Sequence record: PQ850625.1
Strand: one strand, 5' to 3'
Length of the DNA stretch: 46,496 nucleotides
Source of the DNA: Escherichia phage SandraMuster_Bas78
In this document: positions 1 to 9,764 of the stretch, one piece after another
How positions within the stretch are numbered: position 1 is the first letter of the stretch
Layout of the letters: every line of letters begins with the position of its first letter
Program-made: the position numbers and the translations under genes
The notes under the pieces: generated by a model
Databases searched by the model: none
What the model was told of the DNA's origin: nothing
The model's input: the letters and a program-made list of their open reading frames with translations, nothing else

Positions 1-489
1 ATGTGCAGACGCGAAATGAAAATGCATGGTGCTACACAAAAAATCATACAAATGGTAGATGAAATGAAGCTAACAAAAAAACAACGCGAAGAGCTACGCA
101 TGAAGTTCGGTGGTCGCTGTGCTTATTGTGGGTGTGAGCTACCCGAGAAAGGTTGGCATGCAGACCATGTTGAACCAGTGCTACGTAAATCTGAGCAGTG
201 CATGAAGGCAGCGGCGAAAGGGATTTTCAAGCTGAAGGCAACCGGTGAGCTATATCGACCAGAAGCCGAGCGACTGGAAAACCTTTACCCTGCGTGCGCC
301 CCCTGCAATCTGATGAAAACTTCCTATTCCCTGGAAATGTTCAGGAAGCAGGTATCTCTTCAGGTTGCTCGTGGGCGCAAAAGCAGCATGAATTTCCGCA
401 CTGCAGAGCGTTTCGGTCTTATCGCCGTGGTGGAGAAACCAGTTGTTTTCTGGTTTGAGAAATACCAGGAAGAGAACGAAAAAAAATAA
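1..489 (+). CDS. HNH homing endonuclease (may be 5' truncated at window edge)
   Basis: Translation has CxxC...HxDH...N...CxxCN arrangement (CAYCGCE, HADHVEP, CAPCNLMK) typical of HNH nucleases; sits directly upstream of terminase genes. Confidence 0.65.
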   Translation: MCRREMKMHGATQKIIQMVDEMKLTKKQREELRMKFGGRCAYCGCELPEKGWHADHVEPVLRKSEQCMKAAAKGIFKLKATGELYRPEAERLENLYPACAPCNLMKTSYSLEMFRKQVSLQVARGRKSSMNFRTAERFGLIAVVEKPVVFWFEKYQEENEKK

Positions 490-669
490 ATGTGTTTATG
501 ATGCTCTGTTGGCAAGCGCGATAATGATGGTGTACAATAAACGCATAACCACCATTGCTTTCACTCATATCATCACCCAACCTTTAACCCGCCTTGTGCG
601 GGTTCTTTTTTATCTACGTCTATGTGTTAAAATTAGCGTATGTGAGTTACTCAAAGAACACAAAAAGAC

Positions 670-1113
670 ATGGCGAATCCAAATCCAAAACACAAGTTTT
701 CCTCTACAAATCAACCGCCTCCGCGCGGTAAGAGTTATCGCACAGTGCTGCTTGAGGCGCTTCGTGCTGCAAATACACCGATGAATGAGATTGAATTCGT
801 CACGTATTACATCAATAGGGCCATGACATGCGAAGACGCTCAGGCAACTGGTATGCTTCGAGAGATATTCCTGCGGCTCAACCCAATTCCTAAGCCTGTA
901 GCTCCTCCTGTGGAGTTTGACTTCCCTGCTGACGGAACTCCGGTTCAGAAAATGGATGCAATCATCAAGGGTGTATCCACTGGCGTTGTGCCTGCTGACA
1001 TAGGCAAGATGATGGCTGACATTATCAAGTCTGGCCTTGATATTCAGGAAATCACCGAACTCGCCGCGCGACTTGAGCGACTGGAGAAATTACTGGAGCA
1101 GCAGAATGCGTGA
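670..1113 (+). CDS. putative terminase small subunit
   Basis: 147 aa ORF immediately upstream of large terminase, C-terminal helical/coiled segment; assignment by synteny only. Confidence 0.45.
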   Translation: MANPNPKHKFSSTNQPPPRGKSYRTVLLEALRAANTPMNEIEFVTYYINRAMTCEDAQATGMLREIFLRLNPIPKPVAPPVEFDFPADGTPVQKMDAIIKGVSTGVVPADIGKMMADIIKSGLDIQEITELAARLERLEKLLEQQNA

Positions 1114-1253
1114 TGTTGTTACGTGGTGCTTTGTGGCATCTATCGCTATGAGCATGATCAGCGTCATTACGCCATCGGGAGATTTTGCTGGAAGCATATT
1201 CGGTTTTATGTTCTGGATATCAGGATTGGTTATCGCTTGGGGGCGGATTCGAT

Positions 1254-2678
1254 ATGGCTCGTAAACGACTCTCCGCGCTGGCAATCGAAAAACTTGAACA
1301 GGTAGTTGGCAACTCAACTGCAAAGCCTGAATCAGCAGTTTTTGGGCTTGTAGATAAGTTACTTCAGGATGGTTCTCCCAATGTCGTAAAGCGACTTAAG
1401 ATGACAGCCACTGGGGTATCTGAAACTGATGAAGAGCCAACAATATTAATTCCTGAGCGGATGGAGCTTATCCTTTACCCACGGCGCTTTAAGGTGTTTT
1501 ATGGTGGTAGGGGCAGTTCCAAGAGCCGAACGTGTATATCCTACCTTATCGAAAAGGCAAGGTTCCGCAACAGTCGCGTTGGTTGTTTTCGTGAGATACA
1601 GAACTCAATCAAAGAATCAAGCTATGCAGAGCTGGTCGATGAGATAAACAGGAAGGGGCACGCTCAGGAATATCGTTGCGTTGATGGTGAGATAACGCAC
1701 CACTCAACGAGATCAAAGTTTGTTTTCCGTGGACTGTGGCGAAATATAACCGCCATCAAGGGTATGGCTGGTCTGACTGATGTATTCTGCGAAGAGTCTG
1801 AAAACATCAGTCAGGTGTCATGGGATACGCTGATTCCAACAGTTCGCGCCGCTGGCTCTGAAATTATTATTGTTTTTAACCCAAATAAAGAGACAGACCC
1901 GACGTGGACTAACTTTGTTGAGCCTTACATCGACAAGATGGTTGATGGCATATATCAGGATGATGACATAGTTGTTGTTAATGTTAACTACGTCCACAAC
2001 CCGTGGTTCACGGAAGAACTTAAACAGCATATGAACCAGATGAAGGCGGTGGATTATGACCGCTATCTGTGGGTGTATGAAGGATTATTCAACAAGCGGT
2101 CTGAGGAAGCTGTGCTTGGCGGGAAATGGCAAACGCTGGACTTCGAGCCATCTCCCGAATGGGGAGGGCCATATTATGGCATTGACTTTGGTTTTTCTCA
2201 GGATGCAACCGCAGCAACAGAATCATATGTAGAAGATTTGGGAGATGGGCGCAGAAATCTATATATCTATCGTGACTTTGCAAAGGTTGGCCTTGAGATA
2301 ACTGACACGCCGGAAGCGATGCGCTCAGCATTCCCAAATTCAGAGAAGTACAGGTGGTATGGGGATTGCGCAAGGCCTGAAACAATAAGCCATATACGAC
2401 GATCTGGATTCGATATTCATCCGTGCGCAAAATGGCCGGGTAGCATTGAGGACGGGATTACGTGGCTGCGTGGGTGTGACAGAATTTACGTACACTCAAG
2501 ATGTAAGCACGTCATTGAAGAGATGACAATGTACAGCTACAAGGTGGATAAATTAACAGGAAACATACTCCCTGACATAGTTGATAAGTACAATCACGCG
2601 ATTGATAGCCTACGCTATGGCCTTGGTGACCACATCGTTCAGCGCGGTAGCGGAATGCTAATCCGGCGCAGGCGATAA
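1254..2678 (+). CDS. terminase large subunit
   Basis: ATG at 1254 inside track ORF 1185..2678 (track start is TTG); Walker A-like FYGGRGSSKSRT near N-terminus followed by long nuclease-length C-terminal region, typical TerL layout. Confidence 0.88.
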   Translation: MARKRLSALAIEKLEQVVGNSTAKPESAVFGLVDKLLQDGSPNVVKRLKMTATGVSETDEEPTILIPERMELILYPRRFKVFYGGRGSSKSRTCISYLIEKARFRNSRVGCFREIQNSIKESSYAELVDEINRKGHAQEYRCVDGEITHHSTRSKFVFRGLWRNITAIKGMAGLTDVFCEESENISQVSWDTLIPTVRAAGSEIIIVFNPNKETDPTWTNFVEPYIDKMVDGIYQDDDIVVVNVNYVHNPWFTEELKQHMNQMKAVDYDRYLWVYEGLFNKRSEEAVLGGKWQTLDFEPSPEWGGPYYGIDFGFSQDATAATESYVEDLGDGRRNLYIYRDFAKVGLEITDTPEAMRSAFPNSEKYRWYGDCARPETISHIRRSGFDIHPCAKWPGSIEDGITWLRGCDRIYVHSRCKHVIEEMTMYSYKVDKLTGNILPDIVDKYNHAIDSLRYGLGDHIVQRGSGMLIRRRR

Positions 2679-2754
2679 ATCCGCATAACCACACTTGACC
2701 AATCTACACCGAGCGCATAGTATAATCTACATCATGCTTACCGGAGATATCACT

Positions 2755-2961
2755 ATGCGCAGCTATGCAGGATTCACACAGGAGGAAAAAGAGCAGGTTT
2801 ATTCACTGGCTCGGGCTGGTGTGCCTGATGATGTGATTTGCCGTCGGTATGACATCGACGAGGATTTCCTGCTGCGCGTTTTGGATGACGTTTTCGTTAA
2901 CCTGCAGGAGAAGCGCGGGTACAAGGGTATCTGCTGCAAGAATGATTTTTTGAGAGGGTGA
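2755..2961 (+). CDS. hypothetical protein
   Basis: Internal ATG of track ORF 2695..2961; preceded by TATAAT-containing intergenic region. Confidence 0.35.
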   Translation: MRSYAGFTQEEKEQVYSLARAGVPDDVICRRYDIDEDFLLRVLDDVFVNLQEKRGYKGICCKNDFLRG

Positions 2962-2963
2962 TT

Positions 2964-3167
2964 ATGAGGGGTTTTGTAAGAGATTTCCTGTTTATTGGCA
3001 TTAAGTACACCATTGCACTGGTGATTGCTGTTCCGCTTATCTGGTTGATTAGATGGGAGGAGCCAAGTATTGATGACATTATAAACTGGCAGGTTTTCAG
3101 ACTTGTTATCGGCTTGTGGATTATTTCAGCTATTGCCGCATGGTGGATTAATCATGTTCAGAAATAA
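2964..3167 (+). CDS. small membrane protein (two predicted TM helices)
   Basis: ATG at 2964 preceded by GAGAGGGTG; two hydrophobic stretches in translation. Confidence 0.4.
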   Translation: MRGFVRDFLFIGIKYTIALVIAVPLIWLIRWEEPSIDDIINWQVFRLVIGLWIISAIAAWWINHVQK

Positions 3168-3561
3168 ATTAAAGAAAATAATCCGCGATGCTGCGGATAA
3201 GAAGTACACCAAAAAGATTGACATATCATTTATCGACGGCACTGGACTGTACAATCACGCATGCCACCTGAATGCAGTGAACCGTGCACGGGATGGTAGT
3301 TCGTGCGCAGTGGTTGAGGTGGTTATGATTAATGATGATGGCGCAACAGCGCATTACATCAATATGCAGTCAGACGGCGCATACATCGACTACACGCTTG
3401 GATGGCACTGGTCTGGTGCTGATTACCGGTTTGTGCGGTTTGTTCCGTTTACTGAGTGGCCCGATATCACAGGATCGTTAAGCAAACTGAAAGCTGAACT
3501 GTGTAAGCCAGTGGCTAAATGGCAGAGGTTATTGATGGTAACTGATGGTGAACTTTGTTGA
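3154..3561 (+). CDS. hypothetical protein
   Basis: ATG at 3154 within track ORF 3103..3561. Confidence 0.45.
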   Translation: MFRNKLKKIIRDAADKKYTKKIDISFIDGTGLYNHACHLNAVNRARDGSSCAVVEVVMINDDGATAHYINMQSDGAYIDYTLGWHWSGADYRFVRFVPFTEWPDITGSLSKLKAELCKPVAKWQRLLMVTDGELC

Positions 3562-3569
3562 GGTGAGTG

Positions 3570-3743
3570 ATGAAAATCGAAGGTGATTACGGGCAGCATA
3601 TTATGGTTGATAAGGATTTCAAGTATGGTAACGACCTATTAGTAGTTAGGCAAACTGGTGATGTAATCGTCGTTGCAATTGAGCAAGCAGAGCAGCTTAT
3701 CGAAGTCCTGCAACGCTGGGTTAATGGTGAGGAGATTGAGTGA
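3570..3743 (+). CDS. hypothetical small protein (57 aa)
   Basis: ATG preceded by GAGGTGAGTG; ORF just below the 60 aa track cutoff; stop overlaps next start (ATGA). Confidence 0.35.
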   Translation: MKIEGDYGQHIMVDKDFKYGNDLLVVRQTGDVIVVAIEQAEQLIEVLQRWVNGEEIE

Positions 3744-3928
3744 TGAGCGTTTATTTTATTCATGCTGAAGTGCTTAATGGTGGTGCTATTGTCGCAAAAA
3801 TATGTGCTGTTTCTACTGCATCTGACCCAGAAAGAGCATTTGATATGTTTTTTAATTGCGACAGGGTGAAAGGCCACGAAAGCAAAGGTCGTGATGTTGT
3901 AATTGATAAACTGGAAAAGGTGGAGTGA
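3740..3928 (+). CDS. hypothetical protein
   Basis: Track ORF; start overlaps previous stop, stop overlaps next start. Confidence 0.4.
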   Translation: MMSVYFIHAEVLNGGAIVAKICAVSTASDPERAFDMFFNCDRVKGHESKGRDVVIDKLEKVE

Positions 3929-4089
3929 TGGCACTATTCTGGTCGTTCTGGATTCCACTTAATTTTATGTTCTGGTGGGCTATGGCTGCCGGAGTGAATG
4001 AACCAAGCAGGATACATTTCATGGTTGGCTCATTTTTCGCTGTGGTAACTGGTATTGTGCCATGCTTGTTGTATCAATATTTCAAATAG
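3928..4089 (+). CDS. small hydrophobic membrane protein (53 aa)
   Basis: ATG at 3928 overlapping previous stop; translation MALFWSFWIPLNFMFWWAMAAG... strongly hydrophobic. Confidence 0.3.
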   Translation: MALFWSFWIPLNFMFWWAMAAGVNEPSRIHFMVGSFFAVVTGIVPCLLYQYFK

Positions 4090-4099
4090 AGGTGGAGTG

Positions 4100-4348
4100 A
4101 TGATAGGGATAATTCTTACTCTTATCGTTACGGCGTTCTTTGTTTATATCCTGATAAGACATCAGCTTGTTTATATTGCCAGAGGAAGATTCATAAACTA
4201 CTTCTATACAGAAGACCATAATGGATATGCAGCCGGCAAGATATTCCATGAGTCGCTACCAAGCTACGATGAGATGCTGTGGAAATTCTGGGTGTGGCCT
4301 CTGTCAAAATTCTATCCGGCGTACAGAAATCGAAATCGCAATAAGTGA
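4100..4348 (+). CDS. small membrane protein
   Basis: ATG at 4100 preceded by GAGGTGGAGTG; N-terminal TM helix IGIILTLIVTAFFVYILI. Confidence 0.4.
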   Translation: MIGIILTLIVTAFFVYILIRHQLVYIARGRFINYFYTEDHNGYAAGKIFHESLPSYDEMLWKFWVWPLSKFYPAYRNRNRNK

Positions 4349-4355
4349 CCATGCT

Positions 4356-4386
4356 ATAATCCCTCCATCGTGAGGGATTTTTTATT
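4356..4386 (+). terminator. hairpin plus T-run immediately upstream of portal gene
   Basis: ATCCCTCCATCGTGAGGGAT followed by TTTTTTATT. Confidence 0.4.
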
Positions 4387-4394
4387 GGTGACAT

Positions 4395-5807
4395 ATGTCC
4401 AAAATTGATGCATTAAACGCTTATATACGCGACCGCGTGGCGAACAATAACCGGGCGATTCAGCAGCAAAGGCTTTGTGCTGGCGGGAAGAATCTGGACC
4501 AGAAACGTGAGTTCATGTGGAAGGAGCTTGGCTACCCGCAGGAAATAACCGCCGAGATGTTCCGCTATGCATACGAGCGACATCCAGCCGCAGCCGCTGG
4601 CATTAACCGTATTATCAATAAATGCTGGCAGAAATATCCTGAAGTGGTCGAAGATGGCGAGGATGATAAGAACTCAACGCCGTGGGAGTTGTCCATCAAC
4701 GATATGATGAAGCGTGCCTATCCGTTCATCAAAGAGGCCGACAAGCGCAACGCCATCAACAGATACTCCGCTGTTATCCTGCAAATCCGCGATGGTCGCC
4801 AGTGGAGTGAGCCGGTAGACATCACCAAAACCCGCCGCATTAAAGATAAATCCATTGTTCGCTTTATCCCAGTATGGGAAGAGCAACTCTGCGTCAGCGC
4901 ATGGAATAACGATGAAACAAGTGAAGACTACGGCATGCCTGAGATGTACGAATATCAGGAAAGCGCCGTAGAGGATTTCGATAGCGACGGCAAGCCTGAG
5001 CGTTCCGTGCAGATTCATCCTGATCGCATTATCATTCTGGCAGAGGGTAGCTTCGATGGCAGTATGTTCAGTGGCATCCCGATGCTACGTGCTGGCTACA
5101 ACAGCCTTATCGACATGGCTAAGGTTTCCGGTAGTTCAGCAGAAGGCTTCCTGAAGAATGCCAGCCGTCAACTGGCTGTTAACTACACGAAGGACAACGT
5201 AACGCCAGCAAGCCTTGCACAGTCAATGGGTGTATCTCAGGATGAGCTTATTGACATCATGAATGACAATATCGAGATGCTGAATTCTGGCATTGACGCT
5301 GCACTATTTAGCATGGGCGCCGAGACTCAGGTGTTATCCGTAACGCCAGCTGACCCGAAACCAACATGGGAAGTGGCTGCCAACCAGTTCGCTGCATCAA
5401 TGGCGCTTCCGTTCACCGTCATTTTCGGGCAGCAAACCGGACGCCTTGCGAGTGATGAAGACAAGATGCAGGAGGCGATGACTGCCAAGCAGCGCCGAGA
5501 AACATGGGTGGATTATGTTATCTCAATGTTCGTTGAGCGCATGATTCAGTTCGGCATCGTCGATAAAGCACCGGCAAATGGCTACAAGGTTAAGTGGGAC
5601 GACCTGCTTGCTCCATCAGAGCTGGATAAGGCGGAGTTGCTGTCTAAGCTCGCCACTGCGAACAAGTCGTTCTTTGATGCTGGTCAATCTGCGTTGCTTA
5701 CCGTCGATGAGGCTCGCGGCATGGTTGGTATGGAGCCGATTGAACTTGATGAAAGTTATCGCGAAGACACGCCACCGGAAGATGAAAATGAAGATACTCC
5801 GGTTTAA
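4395..5807 (+). CDS. portal protein
   Basis: 470 aa ORF between terminase and head morphogenesis genes, acidic C-terminal tail ([14 protein letters not shown]); size and synteny typical of siphovirus portal. Confidence 0.75.
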   Translation: MSKIDALNAYIRDRVANNNRAIQQQRLCAGGKNLDQKREFMWKELGYPQEITAEMFRYAYERHPAAAAGINRIINKCWQKYPEVVEDGEDDKNSTPWELSINDMMKRAYPFIKEADKRNAINRYSAVILQIRDGRQWSEPVDITKTRRIKDKSIVRFIPVWEEQLCVSAWNNDETSEDYGMPEMYEYQESAVEDFDSDGKPERSVQIHPDRIIILAEGSFDGSMFSGIPMLRAGYNSLIDMAKVSGSSAEGFLKNASRQLAVNYTKDNVTPASLAQSMGVSQDELIDIMNDNIEMLNSGIDAALFSMGAETQVLSVTPADPKPTWEVAANQFAASMALPFTVIFGQQTGRLASDEDKMQEAMTAKQRRETWVDYVISMFVERMIQFGIVDKAPANGYKVKWDDLLAPSELDKAELLSKLATANKSFFDAGQSALLTVDEARGMVGMEPIELDESYREDTPPEDENEDTPV

Positions 5808-6741
5808 CGCAAGACTTCCGCAGCCGCGCATATCGCAGAGCCTGACCGACCCGTTAGGCGCTGCAACCCGCATGTCGAAGATGGACAAGGTGATAACGCG
5901 CAAATATAAGCAACTCAGGACTCGTGCGCTTGAGTTGTTTCGCACCATTCCGCATAGTCAGACTAACGCAGAATCAAGCGGTCTGTATTTCTATGATTTC
6001 AGTAGTGCGCGCGCCGCTACTTTCATGGATGAGTTGCAGGCGCTGATTGACGAGATTCTGCTGGAAGGTGACGACTTCAGTCACGGCAGGATGTGGGCCA
6101 ATGTGTTCATCGGTGATGCGTATCAGGCAGGAACGCAGAAGGCCAACTCTGAACTATCAAGCCTGTCTCCGGTTTATGCCGAGCAAAGGCCTATTGCCGC
6201 GATACTCTACAGTGAGCCATATCTGAATCGGCTGCGGCTTGCGTATACAGCTGGTTACTCGGACTGGCGAGGATTGAGTGATTACTCACGCCAACAACTG
6301 GCATCCGTCATTATGGAAGGCATTGCCCGTGGTGCCAATCCTCGAGATGTTGAGGCTGATATTGTTAAGCGTGTTGACGTGTCACATAGTTACGCGAAGC
6401 AGATAGCGCAGACTGAAATCACCGGAACGCTGCGGCAGGCTAACAGGAGAGAAGTCATTGAGGCTCGCGAGGAATTAGGTATTGAAACGGTGATGCTGTG
6501 GCAATCGGCATTATTGCCTGGTCGAACGAGATTTACTCACGCGGCACGGCACGGGCGGTTTTACGCGCCAGAGGAGATTGACACGTTCTATAGCGAGAAT
6601 GGCAATAGATATAATTGCCACTGTGCACAAGTACCAACATTGATAATGGATGGCAAGCCAGTCATTCTTGAGTCGTCGCAGGAAAGGCTTGATAAGCAGC
6701 GTGAAGCGTGGCAATCAGCCAATAAAAAGCCCTCTAAGTGA
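5782..6741 (+). CDS. head morphogenesis protein (MuF/SPP1 gp7-like minor head protein)
   Basis: ATG at 5782 inside track ORF 5578..6741, whose upstream part overlaps the portal in another frame; position right after portal; stop codon lies inside the terminator hairpin. Confidence 0.55.
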   Translation: MKMKILRFNARLPQPRISQSLTDPLGAATRMSKMDKVITRKYKQLRTRALELFRTIPHSQTNAESSGLYFYDFSSARAATFMDELQALIDEILLEGDDFSHGRMWANVFIGDAYQAGTQKANSELSSLSPVYAEQRPIAAILYSEPYLNRLRLAYTAGYSDWRGLSDYSRQQLASVIMEGIARGANPRDVEADIVKRVDVSHSYAKQIAQTEITGTLRQANRREVIEAREELGIETVMLWQSALLPGRTRFTHAARHGRFYAPEEIDTFYSENGNRYNCHCAQVPTLIMDGKPVILESSQERLDKQREAWQSANKKPSK

Positions 6742-6756
6742 GGGCTTGGTTTTATC
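6726..6756 (+). terminator. rho-independent terminator
   Basis: AGCCCTCTAAGTGAGGGCT hairpin followed by TGGTTTTAT. Confidence 0.55.
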
Positions 6757-6824
6757 TTATCAGCATACACAGAACGAATATTATTATCGCATAGCACAAT
6801 ATCTCTACGACGCTGAATATTGTT

Positions 6825-7433
6825 TTAATCATCAAGTTTCACGCCGGGAATTTTGCCTGCTGCGATGGCTTCATAAATTAGCTTAGCCTCATCCTCGCGC
6901 TTGTAATCTTGCGCTACCATTTCTAATACCGCGCAGATAGATTCAAGTACAGCCTCATGCTTCCTTTCTGCTTCTGTGCGAAATGGGATGAAAACATCCT
7001 TATTGGATGGGGTTATTGCGTAGTAAATCTCACCAGATGGTCTGATAACTATTTTTTCGCCATCAAGACCAATAACCTTGACTTTTCCCCATGACGTTCC
7101 GTTGCTGATATACTCACATTCACACCCAACTGGCGGCAGTCCTTCTCCGTTCCATGCTGAATTTTTCGATGCTGCGAGTGCTGCTTTGTATTGCCAATAG
7201 GTTACTATCGACTCCTTATGGTCGGAAGATAATTGCGTAGCCCATTCTTCTCCATACCAGAAATGCACAAGGCTATTTCCTGTGTGATGTTTCCATGAGA
7301 ACCCCTCATAGTGTGGGTCATTTGTGTCCCATGCGCACAGCGAACCGTCATTATCTTGAGTAATTGACAGCGCGTTTTGAGGCCACCCACCACGCTTAGG
7401 CAATTCTTGAACTAACAGGTCGATAAGTTTCAT
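6825..7433 (-). CDS. hypothetical protein (minus-strand island)
   Basis: 202 aa track ORF on opposite strand to flanking structural genes. Confidence 0.5.
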   Translation of the reverse strand: MKLIDLLVQELPKRGGWPQNALSITQDNDGSLCAWDTNDPHYEGFSWKHHTGNSLVHFWYGEEWATQLSSDHKESIVTYWQYKAALAASKNSAWNGEGLPPVGCECEYISNGTSWGKVKVIGLDGEKIVIRPSGEIYYAITPSNKDVFIPFRTEAERKHEAVLESICAVLEMVAQDYKREDEAKLIYEAIAAGKIPGVKLDD

Positions 7434-7445
7434 TTTTGTTCTCCG

Positions 7446-7661
7446 TTAATAATTTGGCTTTACGTCTTTCATTGTTAGTGGCTTCCATCCACTTGCGATT
7501 GCAATATCAATACAATCCTCAAGCGTTTCAGCTTTTATTGGCTCACCAACTTCACTATCATCAAATTTTCTCTGTATTTGATAGCCATCTACGACATAAA
7601 GAATCTCTACAAAACCATGTAGTGTGTGCATCGACTCAAGCCATTGCAGGTGGTAGCTCAT
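7446..7661 (-). CDS. hypothetical protein
   Basis: Track ORF; start overlaps stop of upstream gene. Confidence 0.4.
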   Translation of the reverse strand: MSYHLQWLESMHTLHGFVEILYVVDGYQIQRKFDDSEVGEPIKAETLEDCIDIAIASGWKPLTMKDVKPNY

Positions 7662-7939
7662 TTTGTTCCCCTTAATGCCTTATTAACCGCAGCACGCGCA
7701 TTATCTAGAGCGCGGCGCTTACTTGATGTTGTCCAGACTTTGCCGGAGTGGTCGTCGTAGATTTCCAGTAGTTGCTGGAGTGCTGATAGCATGGCCTTGT
7801 TATTATCGTGGCAATACCCAACAGAAAAGCCATGCCATAATTCATCCTTTTCTCTATCGGTCATGTCGCCAAACCCAACCGAATCAAACCATTCAATAAA
7901 TAATTGGTACACTTCGCGTTGCGTCATTATCAACCTCAC
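7658..7939 (-). CDS. hypothetical protein
   Basis: Track ORF (GTG at 7939; an internal ATG 12 nt downstream preceded by GAGG). Confidence 0.4.
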   Translation of the reverse strand: MRLIMTQREVYQLFIEWFDSVGFGDMTDREKDELWHGFSVGYCHDNNKAMLSALQQLLEIYDDHSGKVWTTSSKRRALDNARAAVNKALRGTK

Positions 7940-8079
7940 TTAATATATTCAATAATCTCAACTTCACGCATCTGCACCAGACTAAATGGCGCAACCACTT
8001 TGCCGCATGGGCGGATTTTGATTTGCTCAAGGCCGAACATTCCGCAGCGTCCGTTTTCTTTGAATTTGACCATTACCAT
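7936..8079 (-). CDS. hypothetical small protein (47 aa)
   Basis: Minus-strand ATG preceded by GAGGAAG; translation MVMVKFKENGRCGMFGLEQIKIRPCGKVVAPFSLVQMREVEIIEYIK; below track cutoff. Confidence 0.3.
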   Translation of the reverse strand: MVMVKFKENGRCGMFGLEQIKIRPCGKVVAPFSLVQMREVEIIEYIK

Positions 8080-8100
8080 AATTTCTTCCTCACTCATCGT

Positions 8101-8140
8101 TTGATGTAGATACTATGCACCACCACTCAATCTACGTCAA
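8101..8140. promoter_or_regulatory. inverted repeat TTGATGTAGAT ... ATCTACGTCAA in divergent intergenic region
   Basis: Two copies of the recurrent AATCTACRYCA motif in inverted orientation about 18 bp apart, between minus-strand island and lysis cassette. Confidence 0.45.
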
Positions 8141-8184
8141 TAGCCATTGTGATAGAATTAATCATTATTTGAACAGGAGGCAGA

Positions 8185-8463
8185 ATGAAACTATCGCAAC
8201 GCGGCATGGAGGTGTTTGGAATTACCGATGCCGTAGATATATCGCCTTACATCACCACTGAGACAACACAGAATCAGTTTGATGCGCTGACAAGCCTTGC
8301 CACCGACATCGGCATTGACTCGTTCCGCAAATCAACGCTTCTGAAGAAACACAATCTCCGCTGCTTCTCATGTGTCGTCGCGCATTTCATCGTGTGGGGT
8401 GAGAAGACTGGCGACAAAGCAAAACGCAAGGCTGAAAAAGAGGTTTACTGGTATGGCTATTAG
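8185..8463 (+). CDS. lysozyme-like protein lacking the N-terminal catalytic region
   Basis: Strong RBS CAGGAGG; segment TQNQFDALTSLATDIG...FIVWGEKTGDK resembles my recollection of the C-terminal half of T4/P22-type (GH24) lysozymes, but the protein is only 92 aa. Confidence 0.4.
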   Translation: MKLSQRGMEVFGITDAVDISPYITTETTQNQFDALTSLATDIGIDSFRKSTLLKKHNLRCFSCVVAHFIVWGEKTGDKAKRKAEKEVYWYGY

Positions 8464-8917
8464 CAAAAACATGAAGGCGTTTCTGGATATGCTGGCGTAC
8501 AGCGAGGGCACTGATAACGGGCGGCAGAAAACCAATAATCATGGTTATGATGTGATTGTTGGCGGCTCACTGTTTACCGACTATTCCGATCACCCGCGCA
8601 AGCTGATTAGCCTGCCTAAGCTGGGCATCAAATCCACTGCCGCCGGGCGCTATCAGGTGCTGGCTAAATTTTATGATGCGTACAAAAAGCAACTGCGCCT
8701 GCCTGACTTCTCCCCCGCGTCACAGGACGCTATCGCAATGCAACTAATCCGTGAATGCAAAGCCACCGCCGATATTGAGACTGGTCGCATTGCTGATGCT
8801 ATCCATAAATGCCGCTCCCGCTGGGCTTCATTACCGGGCGCTGGCTATGGTCAGCATGAGCAGAAGCTGGATAAGTTGATTCAGGTATACAAAGAGGCTG
8901 GCGGAGCTGTGGCATGA
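8453..8917 (+). CDS. endolysin, lambda R-like lytic transglycosylase
   Basis: Translation from internal ATG 8453 (MAISKNMKAFLDMLAYSEGTDNGRQKTNNHGYDVIVGG...WASLPGAGYGQHE) is near-collinear with phage lambda R endolysin as I recall it. Confidence 0.88.
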   Translation: MAISKNMKAFLDMLAYSEGTDNGRQKTNNHGYDVIVGGSLFTDYSDHPRKLISLPKLGIKSTAAGRYQVLAKFYDAYKKQLRLPDFSPASQDAIAMQLIRECKATADIETGRIADAIHKCRSRWASLPGAGYGQHEQKLDKLIQVYKEAGGAVA

Positions 8918-9153
8918 AAAAGCTAAGCAACTGGCTGCTCGGCGCGTGGATTTCATTCTGCTCACTATTGCAGCTATGGCCTGATGCAATGATGCACGTG
9001 TGGGTAATGATGCCGGACGACCTGAAAGCGGCGCTACCGCCAATCGTGGTCAAAGGTGTAAGCTACTCCATCATGCTGGTTGGTATTCTCGGAAAAATGC
9101 ACGGCATGAGGAAGGAGAACCGGAGGCTGCGCAATGATGTCAATTCTCGCTAA
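8914..9153 (+). CDS. putative holin (two TM segments, charged C-terminus)
   Basis: 79 aa with hydrophobic stretches WLLGAWISFCSLLQLW and VSYSIMLVGILG and basic tail; located between endolysin and spanin genes. Confidence 0.4.
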   Translation: MKKLSNWLLGAWISFCSLLQLWPDAMMHVWVMMPDDLKAALPPIVVKGVSYSIMLVGILGKMHGMRKENRRLRNDVNSR

Positions 9154-9625
9154 ATACTGGCGACCACTGGCAATTATTATAATTGTTGTCTCTGGCGCGT
9201 TGTGGGCGCGTAGCGAAATCATCAGCTACGGCGACCAACGATACGCAGAAGGCAAATCCCAAGCAATCGCCGAACAGAAGGCCGCAGACGAACAAGAGGA
9301 GCAACGACGCAATGCAGAACTGCAAAAGATTCAGGCTGACGCACAGCAAAGGATTGACGCTGCGCGCAATGATGCTGTCAATGCTGCTGCTAAGTCTGGC
9401 AGGTTGCAGCAACAGCTCGCAAATATCCGCAAGCAGCTCGTCGGATATTCCACCGCTGAGTCCATTGGCAATCCAGCCGCAGAAACCGGAGTTTTGCTCT
9501 CCGACGTGCTCAGCAAATCTGTCGAAAGAAATCGACAACTGGCAGATTACGCTGACAGGGCAAGAGAAGCAGGATTAGCGTGTGAGGCGCAGTATAATTC
9601 GCTGCGCAATAAAAAAGCCCCGTAA
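9134..9625 (+). CDS. i-spanin (Rz-like)
   Basis: N-terminal TM helix (LAIIIIVVSGALWA) then long charged coiled-coil region; last gene of lysis cassette; embedded lipoprotein ORF in +1 frame. Confidence 0.6.
   Translation: MMSILAKYWRPLAIIIIVVSGALWARSEIISYGDQRYAEGKSQAIAEQKAADEQEEQRRNAELQKIQADAQQRIDAARNDAVNAAAKSGRLQQQLANIRKQLVGYSTAESIGNPAAETGVLLSDVLSKSVERNRQLADYADRAREAGLACEAQYNSLRNKKAP
9369..9578 (+). CDS. o-spanin (Rz1-like lipoprotein) embedded within the Rz-like gene
   Basis: Alternate frame inside Rz ORF encodes MLSMLLLSLAGCS (signal plus lipobox LAGC) followed by Pro/Ser-rich region. Confidence 0.5.
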   Translation: MMLSMLLLSLAGCSNSSQISASSSSDIPPLSPLAIQPQKPEFCSPTCSANLSKEIDNWQITLTGQEKQD

Positions 9626-9638
9626 TGGGGCTTGTGTT
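9611..9638 (+). terminator. rho-independent terminator after lysis cassette
   Basis: AAAAAAGCCCCGTAATGGGGCTTGTGTTT. Confidence 0.6.
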
Positions 9639-9764
9639 TAATTGGCTTGCTCTGAGCTTTCTCTCTGCTTCCACATCTGCTTCAGCTGAAAATAAGCATA
9701 CGCCTCATCACCATCTTTCGCATTGCGCTCCATTTGCTCACACCATGCCGATGGTTTTGGCGGC

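Noticed and set aside
1185-1253. TTG-initiated N-terminal extension of the large terminase
   Set aside because: ATG at 1254 gives a start just ahead of the Walker A motif; the extension has no RBS and overlaps antisense/alternate small ORFs
5578-5781. Upstream extension of the head morphogenesis ORF overlapping the portal 3' end
   Set aside because: The extension is Cys/Arg/Leu-rich shadow-frame sequence; ATG at 5782 just before the portal stop gives a conventional gene junction
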